Origin: Candidatus Eiseniibacteriota bacterium
GTDB lineage: Bacteria; Eisenbacteria; RBG-16-71-46
NCBI GenBank assembly: GCA_963725865.1
Contig: CAVSAC010000019.1
Location: 128,001 to 192,000, forward strand
DNA: 64,000 nt
Reading direction: 5' to 3'
The position numbers were made by a program, and so were the translations under genes. Of this stretch, positions 33,966 to 42,669 are shown in pieces. The notes below the pieces were generated by a model, which saw nothing but the letters and a program-made list of their open reading frames with translations, was not told the origin of the DNA and did not search any database. Position 1 is the stretch's first letter; each line of letters opens with the position of its first letter.

Positions 33966-35413
33966 TGCAGGCTCACGAGCACCAGCACCAGGCCGGTGCC
34001 GTGCTCAAGCGAGGTCATCGCCTTGCCGAGGACCGCGCCCGGCGCGCGATCGCGGTCGCCCGCCCGCATCGCGTAGCCCGGGCGCTCGGCGGTGGTGAGC
34101 AGATCGCCGGGACGGATCGGTCCGCCCGCGGCGTCGCACTTCACCCACACGCGCCCGCTGAGCGCGATCGGCGAGGTGCCCTCGCGACGCTCCTCCTTGC
34201 CCAGCTCGACCCCGGCCGCGAGGCCGTTGGCGCCGCTCACCACGCCGGCCACGGTGCGGCAATACGCGCCCGCCGCTACCTCGAGCCGTCCGGTCGCATT
34301 CGCGTCGATCGCCATCACGGTGCCCGGCTCCACACTCGCCAGCGTCTCGAAGCGCTCGGCCAGGTCGGCGCCGCCGAGGATCTGGAGAGTGCGCACCTTG
34401 GCGAGGCCGTCGGCGAACAGAGCGGCGCCGCCACCGTCGTTGCGGAAGTAGCCGCCCTGGCCGCCCGGGCTCCCGGACAGCCCGGTGACCCCGGAGTGCC
34501 CGGCACCGAGGCTCACGCCGTACACGCCGTCGCCGGTGTTGCTGCTCGCCATCACCCCGAAGCCGGTCTGCGCGGTGGCGTGGATCGCGTCGCTGTGCGT
34601 GCTCGAGGCCTCCAGGCCGATGGCGTCCACCGACGAGGCGTAGACGCCGTCGGATGGAGCGCCCGAGACACCGGTGCCGGTGTTGCCGACGCCGACGACG
34701 GCGGCGTTGATGGGGAAGAACAGACTGCCGACGGTGGTGGCGCGCACACCGGGCCCGCTGGAGGCGAGCACGTCGAGCTTGGCTCCCGGCGTGGTCACGC
34801 TGCCGACCAGCACGGACGCGCCCGGAGCGTTCAGGTAGAGCGGGATGGCATGGCCCGCGCCGTAGTCGTAGCCGTAGACGGACCCGCCGTTCACGTTGCC
34901 GCCGTCGAAGAACACGCCGACGCCGGTGGCCGCGTGCGTGGACTGACCGGTGACGCCCGCCGCGCCGCCGGTATAGGTGATGTTGCCGAATCCATCCGCG
35001 CTCCACGGGTTGGTGCCGCCGCCGCCGTTCAGTGCGTAGAGCGCGTACGGCGCCGCCGTGAGTGGCTGGCGCGGAGCGAGCAGCGTGTAGCCCGCGTCAC
35101 CGGGACCCTTCACCTGGATGTCGAGCCAGCGCCCCTGCCCGGCGAACGGCGAGGCCCCGAAGTCGAGCGACACGGTGAAGAGCCCGTTGGTGGTCGAGAT
35201 GCCCGGCTTCGGCAGATCGGCGCCCACCTGCAGTCCGCCGGCGGCCGAATCGAACAGCCTGAAGATGAGATCGTACGAGCCGTTCACGGGCGCGGCGTTG
35301 CTCTCGAGCCGCCCCTGGTAGGTGAAGGCAGTGCCCAGCGGCGCGGCGCTCGCCGCGGTCGCGATCGCCAGTCCCAGCGCCAGCAGCGCGGCGCTCATCG
35401 TCGTTCGGTGCAT
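33962..35413 (-). CDS. Secreted fibre/adhesin-like protein with C-terminal intramolecular-chaperone (peptidase G2-like) domain
   Basis: Signal peptide; AFTYQGRL..PRQPLTAAPYALYA domain; Gly-rich GVxxxS repeats; ADLAE..PGTVM..AGVVS..ALSGRV..PGDLL..GKAM. Confidence 0.7.
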   Translation of the reverse strand: MHRTTMSAALLALGLAIATAASAAPLGTAFTYQGRLESNAAPVNGSYDLIFRLFDSAAGGLQVGADLPKPGISTTNGLFTVSLDFGASPFAGQGRWLDIQVKGPGDAGYTLLAPRQPLTAAPYALYALNGGGGTNPWSADGFGNITYTGGAAGVTGQSTHAATGVGVFFDGGNVNGGSVYGYDYGAGHAIPLYLNAPGASVLVGSVTTPGAKLDVLASSGPGVRATTVGSLFFPINAAVVGVGNTGTGVSGAPSDGVYASSVDAIGLEASSTHSDAIHATAQTGFGVMASSNTGDGVYGVSLGAGHSGVTGLSGSPGGQGGYFRNDGGGAALFADGLAKVRTLQILGGADLAERFETLASVEPGTVMAIDANATGRLEVAAGAYCRTVAGVVSGANGLAAGVELGKEERREGTSPIALSGRVWVKCDAAGGPIRPGDLLTTAERPGYAMRAGDRDRAPGAVLGKAMTSLEHGTGLVLVLVSLQ

Positions 35414-35465
35414 GGAGTCCTCTCTCGGTGCGGGGCAGCGGTCGCGGAGCGGCCGCAGGCAAGTG

Positions 35466-36032
35466 TCAGTCGAGCAGCACGACGCGCTGCGAGGCGTGGA
35501 ACTCGCCCGCATCGAGCCGGATGAAGTAGAGACCCGGCGCCGCGCGCCGGCCGCCGTCGTCCTCGCCGCTCCACGCCATGTGGTGACGCCCGGCGTCGCG
35601 CGAGCCTCTCACCAGCGTGCGCACGAGGTGCCCGGCGACGTCGTAGACGACCAGCCGCACGTCGCGCGTCGCCGTGAGGTCGAACGCGATCAGCGTCGAG
35701 GCGTGGAACGGATTCGGCGCGCCCGCGAGCAGCGCCATGCGGCGCGGCAGCTCGGCGGGCGATTCCGGCGCCGCGAGCCAGGTACGATCGCGCAGCGACC
35801 AGAACCCGCCGCGCAGCACGTAGGTGCCTCCGCTGCCGAGGGCGGCATCCGACTGGCCGATGGTGGCGCCCACGCGGTAGGAGCCGCCCTGGCTGAAGAT
35901 GCCGCCGCCATCCGCCACGGCGCCCCAGCCGAGGTCGTAGCGCCCGCCGACCTGGGCACGGGCCGTCGCGGCGAGGAACGTCAGTGCGAGCAGCGGCGCC
36001 GCGCGGCGCAGCGCACCCGAGATGCGTGTCAT
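35466..36032 (-). CDS. Small secreted protein: Gly-rich GGFW domain plus T9SS-CTD/FlgD-like tail
   Basis: GGAGG RBS; signal ending TARA; YDLGW..DGGG..GATIGQ..GGTYVLRGGFW; PNPF..VYDVAGHLVRTL..WSGEDDGG..PGLYFIRL. Confidence 0.78.
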   Translation of the reverse strand: MTRISGALRRAAPLLALTFLAATARAQVGGRYDLGWGAVADGGGIFSQGGSYRVGATIGQSDAALGSGGTYVLRGGFWSLRDRTWLAAPESPAELPRRMALLAGAPNPFHASTLIAFDLTATRDVRLVVYDVAGHLVRTLVRGSRDAGRHHMAWSGEDDGGRRAAPGLYFIRLDAGEFHASQRVVLLD

Positions 36033-36272
36033 GGGACCTCCGGCGGCCGGGTGTCGAGGCGGCGGCAGCGACCGCTGCCGTGGCCACCACCCGAAACGAA
36101 GTCCCCACGCGAAACCGAACGGTCGAGATACAGGAGGTGCGTGCGCGCCACAAGCCCACGCTCGCCGGCGGCGGGTGGAAGGCGGGAGCATGGCGCCGGT
36201 CGGAAGCGAGTGCGCCTCCGCGGCGGGCCGCGGATGGCGCGGGGTGCGGAGGACCGCGGCGGAGGCCGCGGG

Positions 36273-37250
36273 TCAGTCGTCGGCGGGGGCCGGAGCGGCG
36301 CCCACGTCCGCGAGCAGGCGCTCGGCGGCGGCGTGAGGCGTCAGGCGGCGCTCGGCGAGGTCGGCGACGATCCGCGTCCATTCCTCGCGCGCCACGCGGG
36401 TCTGGAACTCCTGCCACAACTGCTCGCGCAGCAGGTCGCGCAGGCGCTGCTCGAGCCGCTGGCGGCGGCGGCGCTCGAGCCCGCCGTGCGCCGCCATCCG
36501 CTCGAGGTGCTCCTCGAACGCGTCCGCCACCTGCGGCACGCCGTCGCCGGTCGAGGCGGTGGTGAGCAGCACCGGCGCGCGCCGGTCGCTGGTCGGCGCC
36601 CGCAGGTCGAGCGCGGTGTTGACCGCGAACGCCGCGCGCTCGGCGCCTTCGCGATCGGCCTTGTTGATCACGAACAGGTCGCCGATCTCCATCAGGCCCG
36701 CCTTCATCGCCTGCACCGCGTCGCCCGACTCGGGCACCAGCACCACCGCGGTCGAGTCGGCGGTCTGGGCGACCTCGAGCTCGCTCTGCCCCACGCCCAC
36801 CGTCTCGATCAGGATGCGCTCGAAGCCCGCGGCGTCGAGCACGTCGCAGACCTGCGCGGTGTGGACCGCGAGCCCGCCCATGCTGCCGCGGGTGGCCATC
36901 GAGCGGATGAACACCCCCGGATCGCCCGCCAGCTCGCCCATCCGCACGCGGTCGCCGAGCAGCGCGCCGCCGCTGAACGGACTGGTGGGATCGACCGCGA
37001 CGATCGCCACGCTCCGCTCGCGGCGGCGGTACTCCTGCGCGAGCCGGGTGACGAGCGTGCTCTTGCCCGCGCCGGGCGGGCCGGTGATGCCGATGCGGAA
37101 CGCCTGTCCGCTGCGCGCGAAGCAGGCGTCGAGGATGCTCACGGCGTCGCGCGCTTCGTTCTCGACCCGCGAGATGGCGCGCGCCAGCGGCACGCGCTCG
37201 CCGGCGAGCAGGCCGCGGATCACGTCGTCGGTCGAAAGGTCGTGGGACAT
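36273..37250 (-). CDS. meaB: Methylmalonyl-CoA mutase-associated GTPase MeaB/ArgK
   Basis: GITGPPGAGKST, AVDPTSPFSGGALLGDRVRM, ETVGVGQSE, KAGLMEIGD, NKAD. Confidence 0.93.
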   Translation of the reverse strand: MSHDLSTDDVIRGLLAGERVPLARAISRVENEARDAVSILDACFARSGQAFRIGITGPPGAGKSTLVTRLAQEYRRRERSVAIVAVDPTSPFSGGALLGDRVRMGELAGDPGVFIRSMATRGSMGGLAVHTAQVCDVLDAAGFERILIETVGVGQSELEVAQTADSTAVVLVPESGDAVQAMKAGLMEIGDLFVINKADREGAERAAFAVNTALDLRAPTSDRRAPVLLTTASTGDGVPQVADAFEEHLERMAAHGGLERRRRQRLEQRLRDLLREQLWQEFQTRVAREEWTRIVADLAERRLTPHAAAERLLADVGAAPAPADD

Positions 37251-37314
37251 GCGATCGAGCGCCCGGGTGGTCGCGGCCGCACCCTTCGGCCGCACGGTTC
37301 GGTCAGGAGCGCGG

Positions 37315-37344
37315 ACCTTACGCGGCGCCGTTCGAGACGGTCAA
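37315..37344 (-). promoter_or_regulatory. Sigma70-like promoter of meaB
   Basis: TTGACC-N18-TAAGGT; same TCTTGACCG -35 context as the icmA-like promoter. Confidence 0.45.
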
Positions 37345-37381
37345 GACGCGCGGGGCCGGCGCTCGCCGTCCCCGCCCGGGC

Positions 37382-39787
37382 TCAGCGCGTGGCGACCAGC
37401 GCGCGCGTGACCTCGCGCCCGCCCGCCCGGAGCCGCACGCGGTAGGCGCCCGCGGGCAGCGCACGCCCGCTGTCGTCGCGCAGATCGAACCGCAGCGCGT
37501 GCTCGCCGGCGTCGCCGCGCCCGGCGAACAGCTCCCGCACGCGCCGGCCGGCGGCGTCGAACACCTCGAGCCGCGCCTCGCCGGCCGCCGCCAGCGTGTA
37601 GACGATTCGCGTCGCACCGTGCGCGGGATTCGGCTGCGGGAGCGCGAGCGCGAGCACCAGCGGCGCCGCGCCGTCCACCGCCAGAGCGCCGGCCGGCAGC
37701 AGCAGCGCCGCCGCGCTCTCGTTGCCGTGCAGGTCGGCGGCCGTGAGCTTGTAGTAGTAGGGGGCACCCGCTGCGTCCGCGTACGTCGTCCCGGTCGGCG
37801 TCGCTACCAGGCTCCCCGGTCCGAGCGCGAACCCGGGCGTGGTGCCGCGATAGATGCGATACGACGTGAAGTCGGGCGCGAAACTGGCGCCCCACTGAAG
37901 CTCCGCGGTGCCGCTGGCGTAGGTGCCGCTGAACGGCGCTGGCGTCGGCGGCGCGAGGTTGTCGACCGAGTACGCGGAGTCCGCCGGCGAGAAGTACGAC
38001 TCGGGCAGCGCCGCGAGCTTGGCGTCGACGAAGAACACGTTCCACGGCACGCCGGACGCGGTCGAGTCGGCCGCGGTGGAAGCGGTGTAGCCGTAGCCGT
38101 CGGCGGTGCGCGCGGGCACGTTCGCGATGAACTCCCAGTAGAGCGTCTGCGCGCCGTCGCGCGTGATTCGCAGCCGGCCGGGCCCGGCGGCCGCGCCGCC
38201 GGCGGGCGCGACGCCCGCGGCCAGCGCGCGCGCGGCCGCCGCCGCGCTCACGCGGCGCCACAGTGTGTAGGACTCGATGCCGTGGTAGGCGGGTACGTCG
38301 GCGCAGCTGCTGCTCCACAGCACGCGCACTTCGCCACCCTGATCGCCCGGCACGTCGCGGGCCGAGGTGATGAGCGCCTCGGGCGAGCCCGGGGCCCCGT
38401 AGCCGCGCTCGATGCGCTGCGCGTAGACGTCGAGGCCGCTGCCGCCGCGGGCGTCCTCCCACGCCACCACCACGCCCCCCGCGCCGTCGGCGACGGTGGT
38501 CGGAGCCTGCTGGCTGCCGCTCGCGAGCGAGACCGGCGCGCCGAGCGCGGACCATTGCAGCACGCCGCTGCTGTCCACGCGCTGCGCGTACACGTCGAAG
38601 CCCGCGGCGCTGCGATGATCCTGCCACGCCACGATCATGCCGCCGTGACCGTCGCTGGCGCCCCACGGGGCCTGCTGGTCCCCGCTCGCCGCGCACAACG
38701 GCACGCCGTCGAGCGCCCAGCGCACGGAGCCGACCGAATCGACGCGCTGCGCGAACATCGCGTCGCGGGTGCCGCTGCGATGATCCTGCCACGCGACGAT
38801 CATGCCGCCGGCGCCGTCGGTGACGGGCGACATCCTCTGGATGTCGCCGGGGGCCACGCAGATCGGAAGCCCGTTGGCACCCCACTGGACGACCCCCGCG
38901 GCGTTGACGCGCTGGGCGTACACATCGATCGACGTTCCACTGCGACCGTCGACGAACGCCGCGATGACGCCGCCCGTGCCATCGGCGACCAGCCCGGCGT
39001 ACTGGTCGGTGGGCGCGGTGCACAGTGCGACCCCGCCGGCGGGCCAGGCGATGCCGCCGCCGCCGCGCATGTGCTGCACGTAAGGATCCCCGAGCCCGAG
39101 GGTGGCGTTCTTGGTCCAGGCCAGGAACGCGCCGTTGGCTCCATCGCCGACCATCGAGGTCGGAAGATTGAGGCCGGGTCCGGTGCCGAGCGCCAGCCCG
39201 GGCCCGCCGAGGATCAGGAGTCCCGAGAACTTCACCTGCTGCAGGTAGACCTCGGCGCCGCCACCGCGATGATCGGCCCAGGCCACGAGCGCTCCGTTCT
39301 GCCCGTCGCGGGCGATCAGCGGGAATTCCTCGAGCGCGTCGACCGTGCACACGCGCACCCCATCCGGCGTCCAGACTGGCGCGCCCGCGGCGTCCAGCCG
39401 CTGCGCGAACACGTGGGTCTCCGCGACGCGAGCGTCCTCCCACGCCACGACGATCCCACCCGCTCCATCAGCGTCCAGCATCGGATGCTGCTGATCGCCG
39501 GGTGCCGCGCACACCGGCACGCCGTTGGGGCTCCACAGAGCCTCGCTCTGCGGGCCGAGGTGCTGGGCGTAGATGTCCACGTTGCCGGCCCGGGCGTCCT
39601 CCCACACCAGGAACACCCCGCCGGCACCGTCGGGAACCGCGTTCGGACGCCGCTGGTCACCGACCAAGGCGCTGATCGCCAGCCCGACATGGGTGTCGCG
39701 CGGCCACGCGGCGTTCGCGCCGGAGGCGTGGGACCCGAGGAGGACGAGGGACGCGAACATGGCGAGGCCACGCGTGCGCGGGGACAT
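37382..39787 (-). CDS. Secreted protein with eight DGxGG..W.D.R..YAQR repeats, Ig/FN3-like domains and T9SS-CTD/FlgD-like tail
   Basis: GGAGG RBS, signal peptide, eight repeats of about 58-60 aa, DVPGDQGG, YSVDNLAP, PNP..LEVFDAAGRRVREL..AGAYRVRL. Confidence 0.8.
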   Translation of the reverse strand: MSPRTRGLAMFASLVLLGSHASGANAAWPRDTHVGLAISALVGDQRRPNAVPDGAGGVFLVWEDARAGNVDIYAQHLGPQSEALWSPNGVPVCAAPGDQQHPMLDADGAGGIVVAWEDARVAETHVFAQRLDAAGAPVWTPDGVRVCTVDALEEFPLIARDGQNGALVAWADHRGGGAEVYLQQVKFSGLLILGGPGLALGTGPGLNLPTSMVGDGANGAFLAWTKNATLGLGDPYVQHMRGGGGIAWPAGGVALCTAPTDQYAGLVADGTGGVIAAFVDGRSGTSIDVYAQRVNAAGVVQWGANGLPICVAPGDIQRMSPVTDGAGGMIVAWQDHRSGTRDAMFAQRVDSVGSVRWALDGVPLCAASGDQQAPWGASDGHGGMIVAWQDHRSAAGFDVYAQRVDSSGVLQWSALGAPVSLASGSQQAPTTVADGAGGVVVAWEDARGGSGLDVYAQRIERGYGAPGSPEALITSARDVPGDQGGEVRVLWSSSCADVPAYHGIESYTLWRRVSAAAAARALAAGVAPAGGAAAGPGRLRITRDGAQTLYWEFIANVPARTADGYGYTASTAADSTASGVPWNVFFVDAKLAALPESYFSPADSAYSVDNLAPPTPAPFSGTYASGTAELQWGASFAPDFTSYRIYRGTTPGFALGPGSLVATPTGTTYADAAGAPYYYKLTAADLHGNESAAALLLPAGALAVDGAAPLVLALALPQPNPAHGATRIVYTLAAAGEARLEVFDAAGRRVRELFAGRGDAGEHALRFDLRDDSGRALPAGAYRVRLRAGGREVTRALVATR

Positions 39788-39930
39788 GGGGCGGGGACCT
39801 CCTGCGCGAGAGTGGGGATCACGGCCGAAGGATGCGCGCGCCGGTCCGCGGCCCGACGGCGCCGGGACCGATCGCGCGGCGGCGGCATTCTGGCAAATCG
39901 CGGTGCGCCGCGACACCCCTTTCGACCCAC

Positions 39931-39967
39931 GAAGAAGCCCGCCAGGGACGATGCCCCGGCGGGCTTC
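39931..39967 (-). terminator. Intrinsic terminator-like hairpin after the kelch gene
   Basis: GAAGCCCGCC (39934-39943) / GGCGGGCTTC (39958-39967) stem, followed by TTC on the minus strand, about 20 nt after the stop. Confidence 0.6.
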
Positions 39968-39985
39968 GACGACCTGGCGACGGTG

Positions 39986-42355
39986 TCAGTCGAGCACGAC
40001 CAGTCGGCGCATCGCGCGCGCCGAGCCCACCCGCGCATCGAGGAAGTACATCCCCGGCGCGGCGCGGCCACCGCGCGCATCGTGCAGATCCCAGCGCAGC
40101 GTCTGCTCGCCCGCCGGGCGCGAGCCGTCCGCCAGCACGCGCACGACGCGGCCGCTCAGGTCGAGCACCGCGACCCGCACGCGGGACGCCGCCGGCAGGC
40201 GCAGCGCGAAGCTGGCCGCGCCGCGCGCCGGATTCGGCCGCGGCGCGGACAGCTCGAGCCGTGTGATTCGCGCCGCCGGCGTCGACGCGGGCGGGTCGAA
40301 CGACAGCACCCAGGTGTCGCCGATCAGCGCTCCGTAGTTCGCGGGCAGTCCGCCGTACACGATCATGCGGTCCCCGGCCGCGTCCCACAGCGCGGCGTGT
40401 CCCAGGCGCGCGTCCAGGACATCGCCCCCGGGAGCGAGCAGCGACCAGGTGGTGGTCGCGAGATCGAGCGCCCACAGCTCGTTGGTGCGCGGGAACGGCG
40501 CCTCCTCGGTGACGCCCGCATAGACCAGCAGTCGATCGCGGCCCGCGTCGATGACGCCGGTCGCGCCATGGCGGTGGATCGGCAGCGTGCCACCCGGCGC
40601 GAGCAGGCTCCAGCCGCCGCCCGTCAGGTCGTACGCCCACAGGTCGTCGAACGTCGGAGTGCCGGGACCGGGCGCCAGCCCGCCGTAGACGAGCAGGCGG
40701 TGGCGCGCGTCGTCCAGCACCACCGTGGCCTCGGTACGCGCCGCGGGGCCGGACCCGGAGGCGGCGAGCAGCGTCCACGCCGGCGTCGCGCCGGCGAGAT
40801 CGAGCGACCACAGGTCCGAGTAGGACGCGCCCGCGTCCGCGCCTCCGAACAGCAGCATGCGGTCGCCGGTGGCGTCGTAGACGGCCTGATGATGCGTGCG
40901 CGCGCCCGGCCCACCGCCGGAGGCCGACAGCGCGCTCCAGGTCGGCGTTCCCGAGAGCGCGAGCGCCTGCAGGTCGCCCAGGACGGGGCCGAACGTCTGG
41001 CTGCCGCCGTAGACGATCATGCGATCGCGGACCGGATCGTAGATGGCGCTGTGATCCTGGCGCGCGGCCGGCGTGGTCCCGGCGGTGGTCATCGACGCCC
41101 ACGGCCCGTCAGTGCCGAGCGGCAGCGCCCAGGTGTCGTTCACGGCCCCGTGATTCGTGTAGCCGCCGAACGTGATCGCGCGGTGCCGCGCGGCGTCGAC
41201 GACCATCGAGACGTCCGCGGGCGACGTCGGCCGCGCGTCGTCGGTCGGGATGCGATTCCAGGCCGCGGGTCCCGAGAGCGCCAGCGACCAATTCTCGTCA
41301 CCCGAGTCGATCCCCGACACCAGCACCATCTCCTGGCGCGAGGGATCGTAGATCGCCTGGTGATTGCTGCGCGCCGAGGGCACGGCTCCCGCGGGAGTCA
41401 GCTTGGTCCACGCCGGGGTGCCGGCGAAGGTGAGCTGCCAGAGATCCGCGTTGAGGCCCGCCACGTAACCACCGAAGACCAGCATGCGATCGCCGGCCGG
41501 ATCGTAGACCGCGCTCGAGAACATGCGGGTCGCGGGCAGGGTCCCGGTCGGAGCGAGCTGCGTCCATGCGAGCGGTGCGCCCGACAGCGGCAGCGCCCAA
41601 ACGGCGTTGTAGCGCTTGGACGGCGGCGCCGAATAGCCCGCGAACGCCACCAGCCGGTCGCGGCTCGGGTCGTAGACGAGCGTCTCGCCCGCGCGCAACG
41701 GCGCGGGACCGGTGGTCGCCAGCGTGGACCACGTCGGCGTGCCGGCGAGTGTCAGCTCGTAGGTCAGACTGTCGGCGAGCGCGGCGTCGTTGTTGCCACC
41801 GTGAATCAGCAGGCGGTCGCGCACCGGGTCGTAGACGCCCGCGGCCTCGCCGCGGGGCAGCGGCGGCGTACCGGCGGTCGTCAACTGCGTCCAGGTCGGC
41901 GTCCCGGCCAACGACAGCGCCCAGACATCGTTGAGTCGCGGATCATCGGTGAAACCGCCGAACACCAGCACGCGGTCGCGCACCGGGTCGTAGACCACGG
42001 TCGCACGGTAGCGCGGGGTGGGCGGGGTGCCGGCCACCTCGAGCCGCGTCCACGTGGCCGCACCGGCGCGGTCGAGCACCCAGACGTCGTTGCGCGGTCC
42101 CTCGAGGTCGCCGCCGAACAGGATCACCCGATCGCGGACCGGATCGTAGATGGCGCCGTGATCGGAGCGGCGGAGCGGCTTGAGGTAACTCCAGGTGCCG
42201 TCGGTGGACTGGATGCTCGCCGGGGCGGCCGGCGCGGATCCGCCGCCGCGCGCGAGCACGAACGACGGATCGACCAGCAGGCCGACCGTCATGGCCAGCG
42301 TGGCGAGGAACGGTGGGATCGATCGCGGCCAGCGTGGGATCGCGGAGCCAGTCAT
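39986..42355 (-). CDS. Secreted kelch-like repeat protein (12 repeats) with T9SS-CTD/FlgD-like tail
   Basis: Twelve YDP.RDR...(F/Y)GG....D.W.L units; GGAGG RBS; PNPARG..DLSGRVVRVL..WD..PGMYF. Confidence 0.85.
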   Translation of the reverse strand: MTGSAIPRWPRSIPPFLATLAMTVGLLVDPSFVLARGGGSAPAAPASIQSTDGTWSYLKPLRRSDHGAIYDPVRDRVILFGGDLEGPRNDVWVLDRAGAATWTRLEVAGTPPTPRYRATVVYDPVRDRVLVFGGFTDDPRLNDVWALSLAGTPTWTQLTTAGTPPLPRGEAAGVYDPVRDRLLIHGGNNDAALADSLTYELTLAGTPTWSTLATTGPAPLRAGETLVYDPSRDRLVAFAGYSAPPSKRYNAVWALPLSGAPLAWTQLAPTGTLPATRMFSSAVYDPAGDRMLVFGGYVAGLNADLWQLTFAGTPAWTKLTPAGAVPSARSNHQAIYDPSRQEMVLVSGIDSGDENWSLALSGPAAWNRIPTDDARPTSPADVSMVVDAARHRAITFGGYTNHGAVNDTWALPLGTDGPWASMTTAGTTPAARQDHSAIYDPVRDRMIVYGGSQTFGPVLGDLQALALSGTPTWSALSASGGGPGARTHHQAVYDATGDRMLLFGGADAGASYSDLWSLDLAGATPAWTLLAASGSGPAARTEATVVLDDARHRLLVYGGLAPGPGTPTFDDLWAYDLTGGGWSLLAPGGTLPIHRHGATGVIDAGRDRLLVYAGVTEEAPFPRTNELWALDLATTTWSLLAPGGDVLDARLGHAALWDAAGDRMIVYGGLPANYGALIGDTWVLSFDPPASTPAARITRLELSAPRPNPARGAASFALRLPAASRVRVAVLDLSGRVVRVLADGSRPAGEQTLRWDLHDARGGRAAPGMYFLDARVGSARAMRRLVVLD

Positions 42356-42669
42356 GCGCACCTCCAGGGACCAGAGCGGCACACGGACGTGGCGTGGGGG
42401 CGCCCGGACGGATGCGGGGCGAGCACGACGGGCAGCGACCCGGCGGCGCGCCGGTGACGATCAGCGGCATCCCGCGCGTGGCTCGCGGCCCGGGCGGACA
42501 CGCGGCGGCAGGAAACCGGCCTGCGTCGATGAAACCACCCGTGCGCTCGCCGGAGAAGTCAATTTGTCCCGCCCAGCCGGTGGATCGAACACCCACGGCA
42601 GCCCCGGAACGTGCGCCCGTGACACGCCGAGCGCGGACGACGGCCGGGGAGCATCGTGCCCCCGCGAAC

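Noticed and set aside
33962..35413. Tail-fibre-like gene as evidence of a prophage
   Set aside because: It has a Sec-type signal peptide, and no capsid, terminase, tail or integrase genes are in the window.
40300..42180. Recurring DNA words such as CGGTCGCGCACCGGGTCGTAGAC as a possible CRISPR or repeat array
   Set aside because: Spacing is about 150-170 bp, the copies are degenerate, and they encode the kelch YDPVRDR motif. No cas genes are present.
37499..42457. Very long plus-strand ORF (1652 aa) and many other long Arg/Ala/Gly/Pro-rich ORFs in the six-frame track
   Set aside because: They are antisense or off-frame shadows of well-supported genes. High GC suppresses stop codons and the translations show no family motifs.
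42578..42597. T-arm-like GTGGGTGTTCGATCCACC on the minus strand suggesting a tRNA or att remnant
   Set aside because: No acceptor stem, D arm, anticodon arm or CCA end could be built, and there is no integrase nearby.
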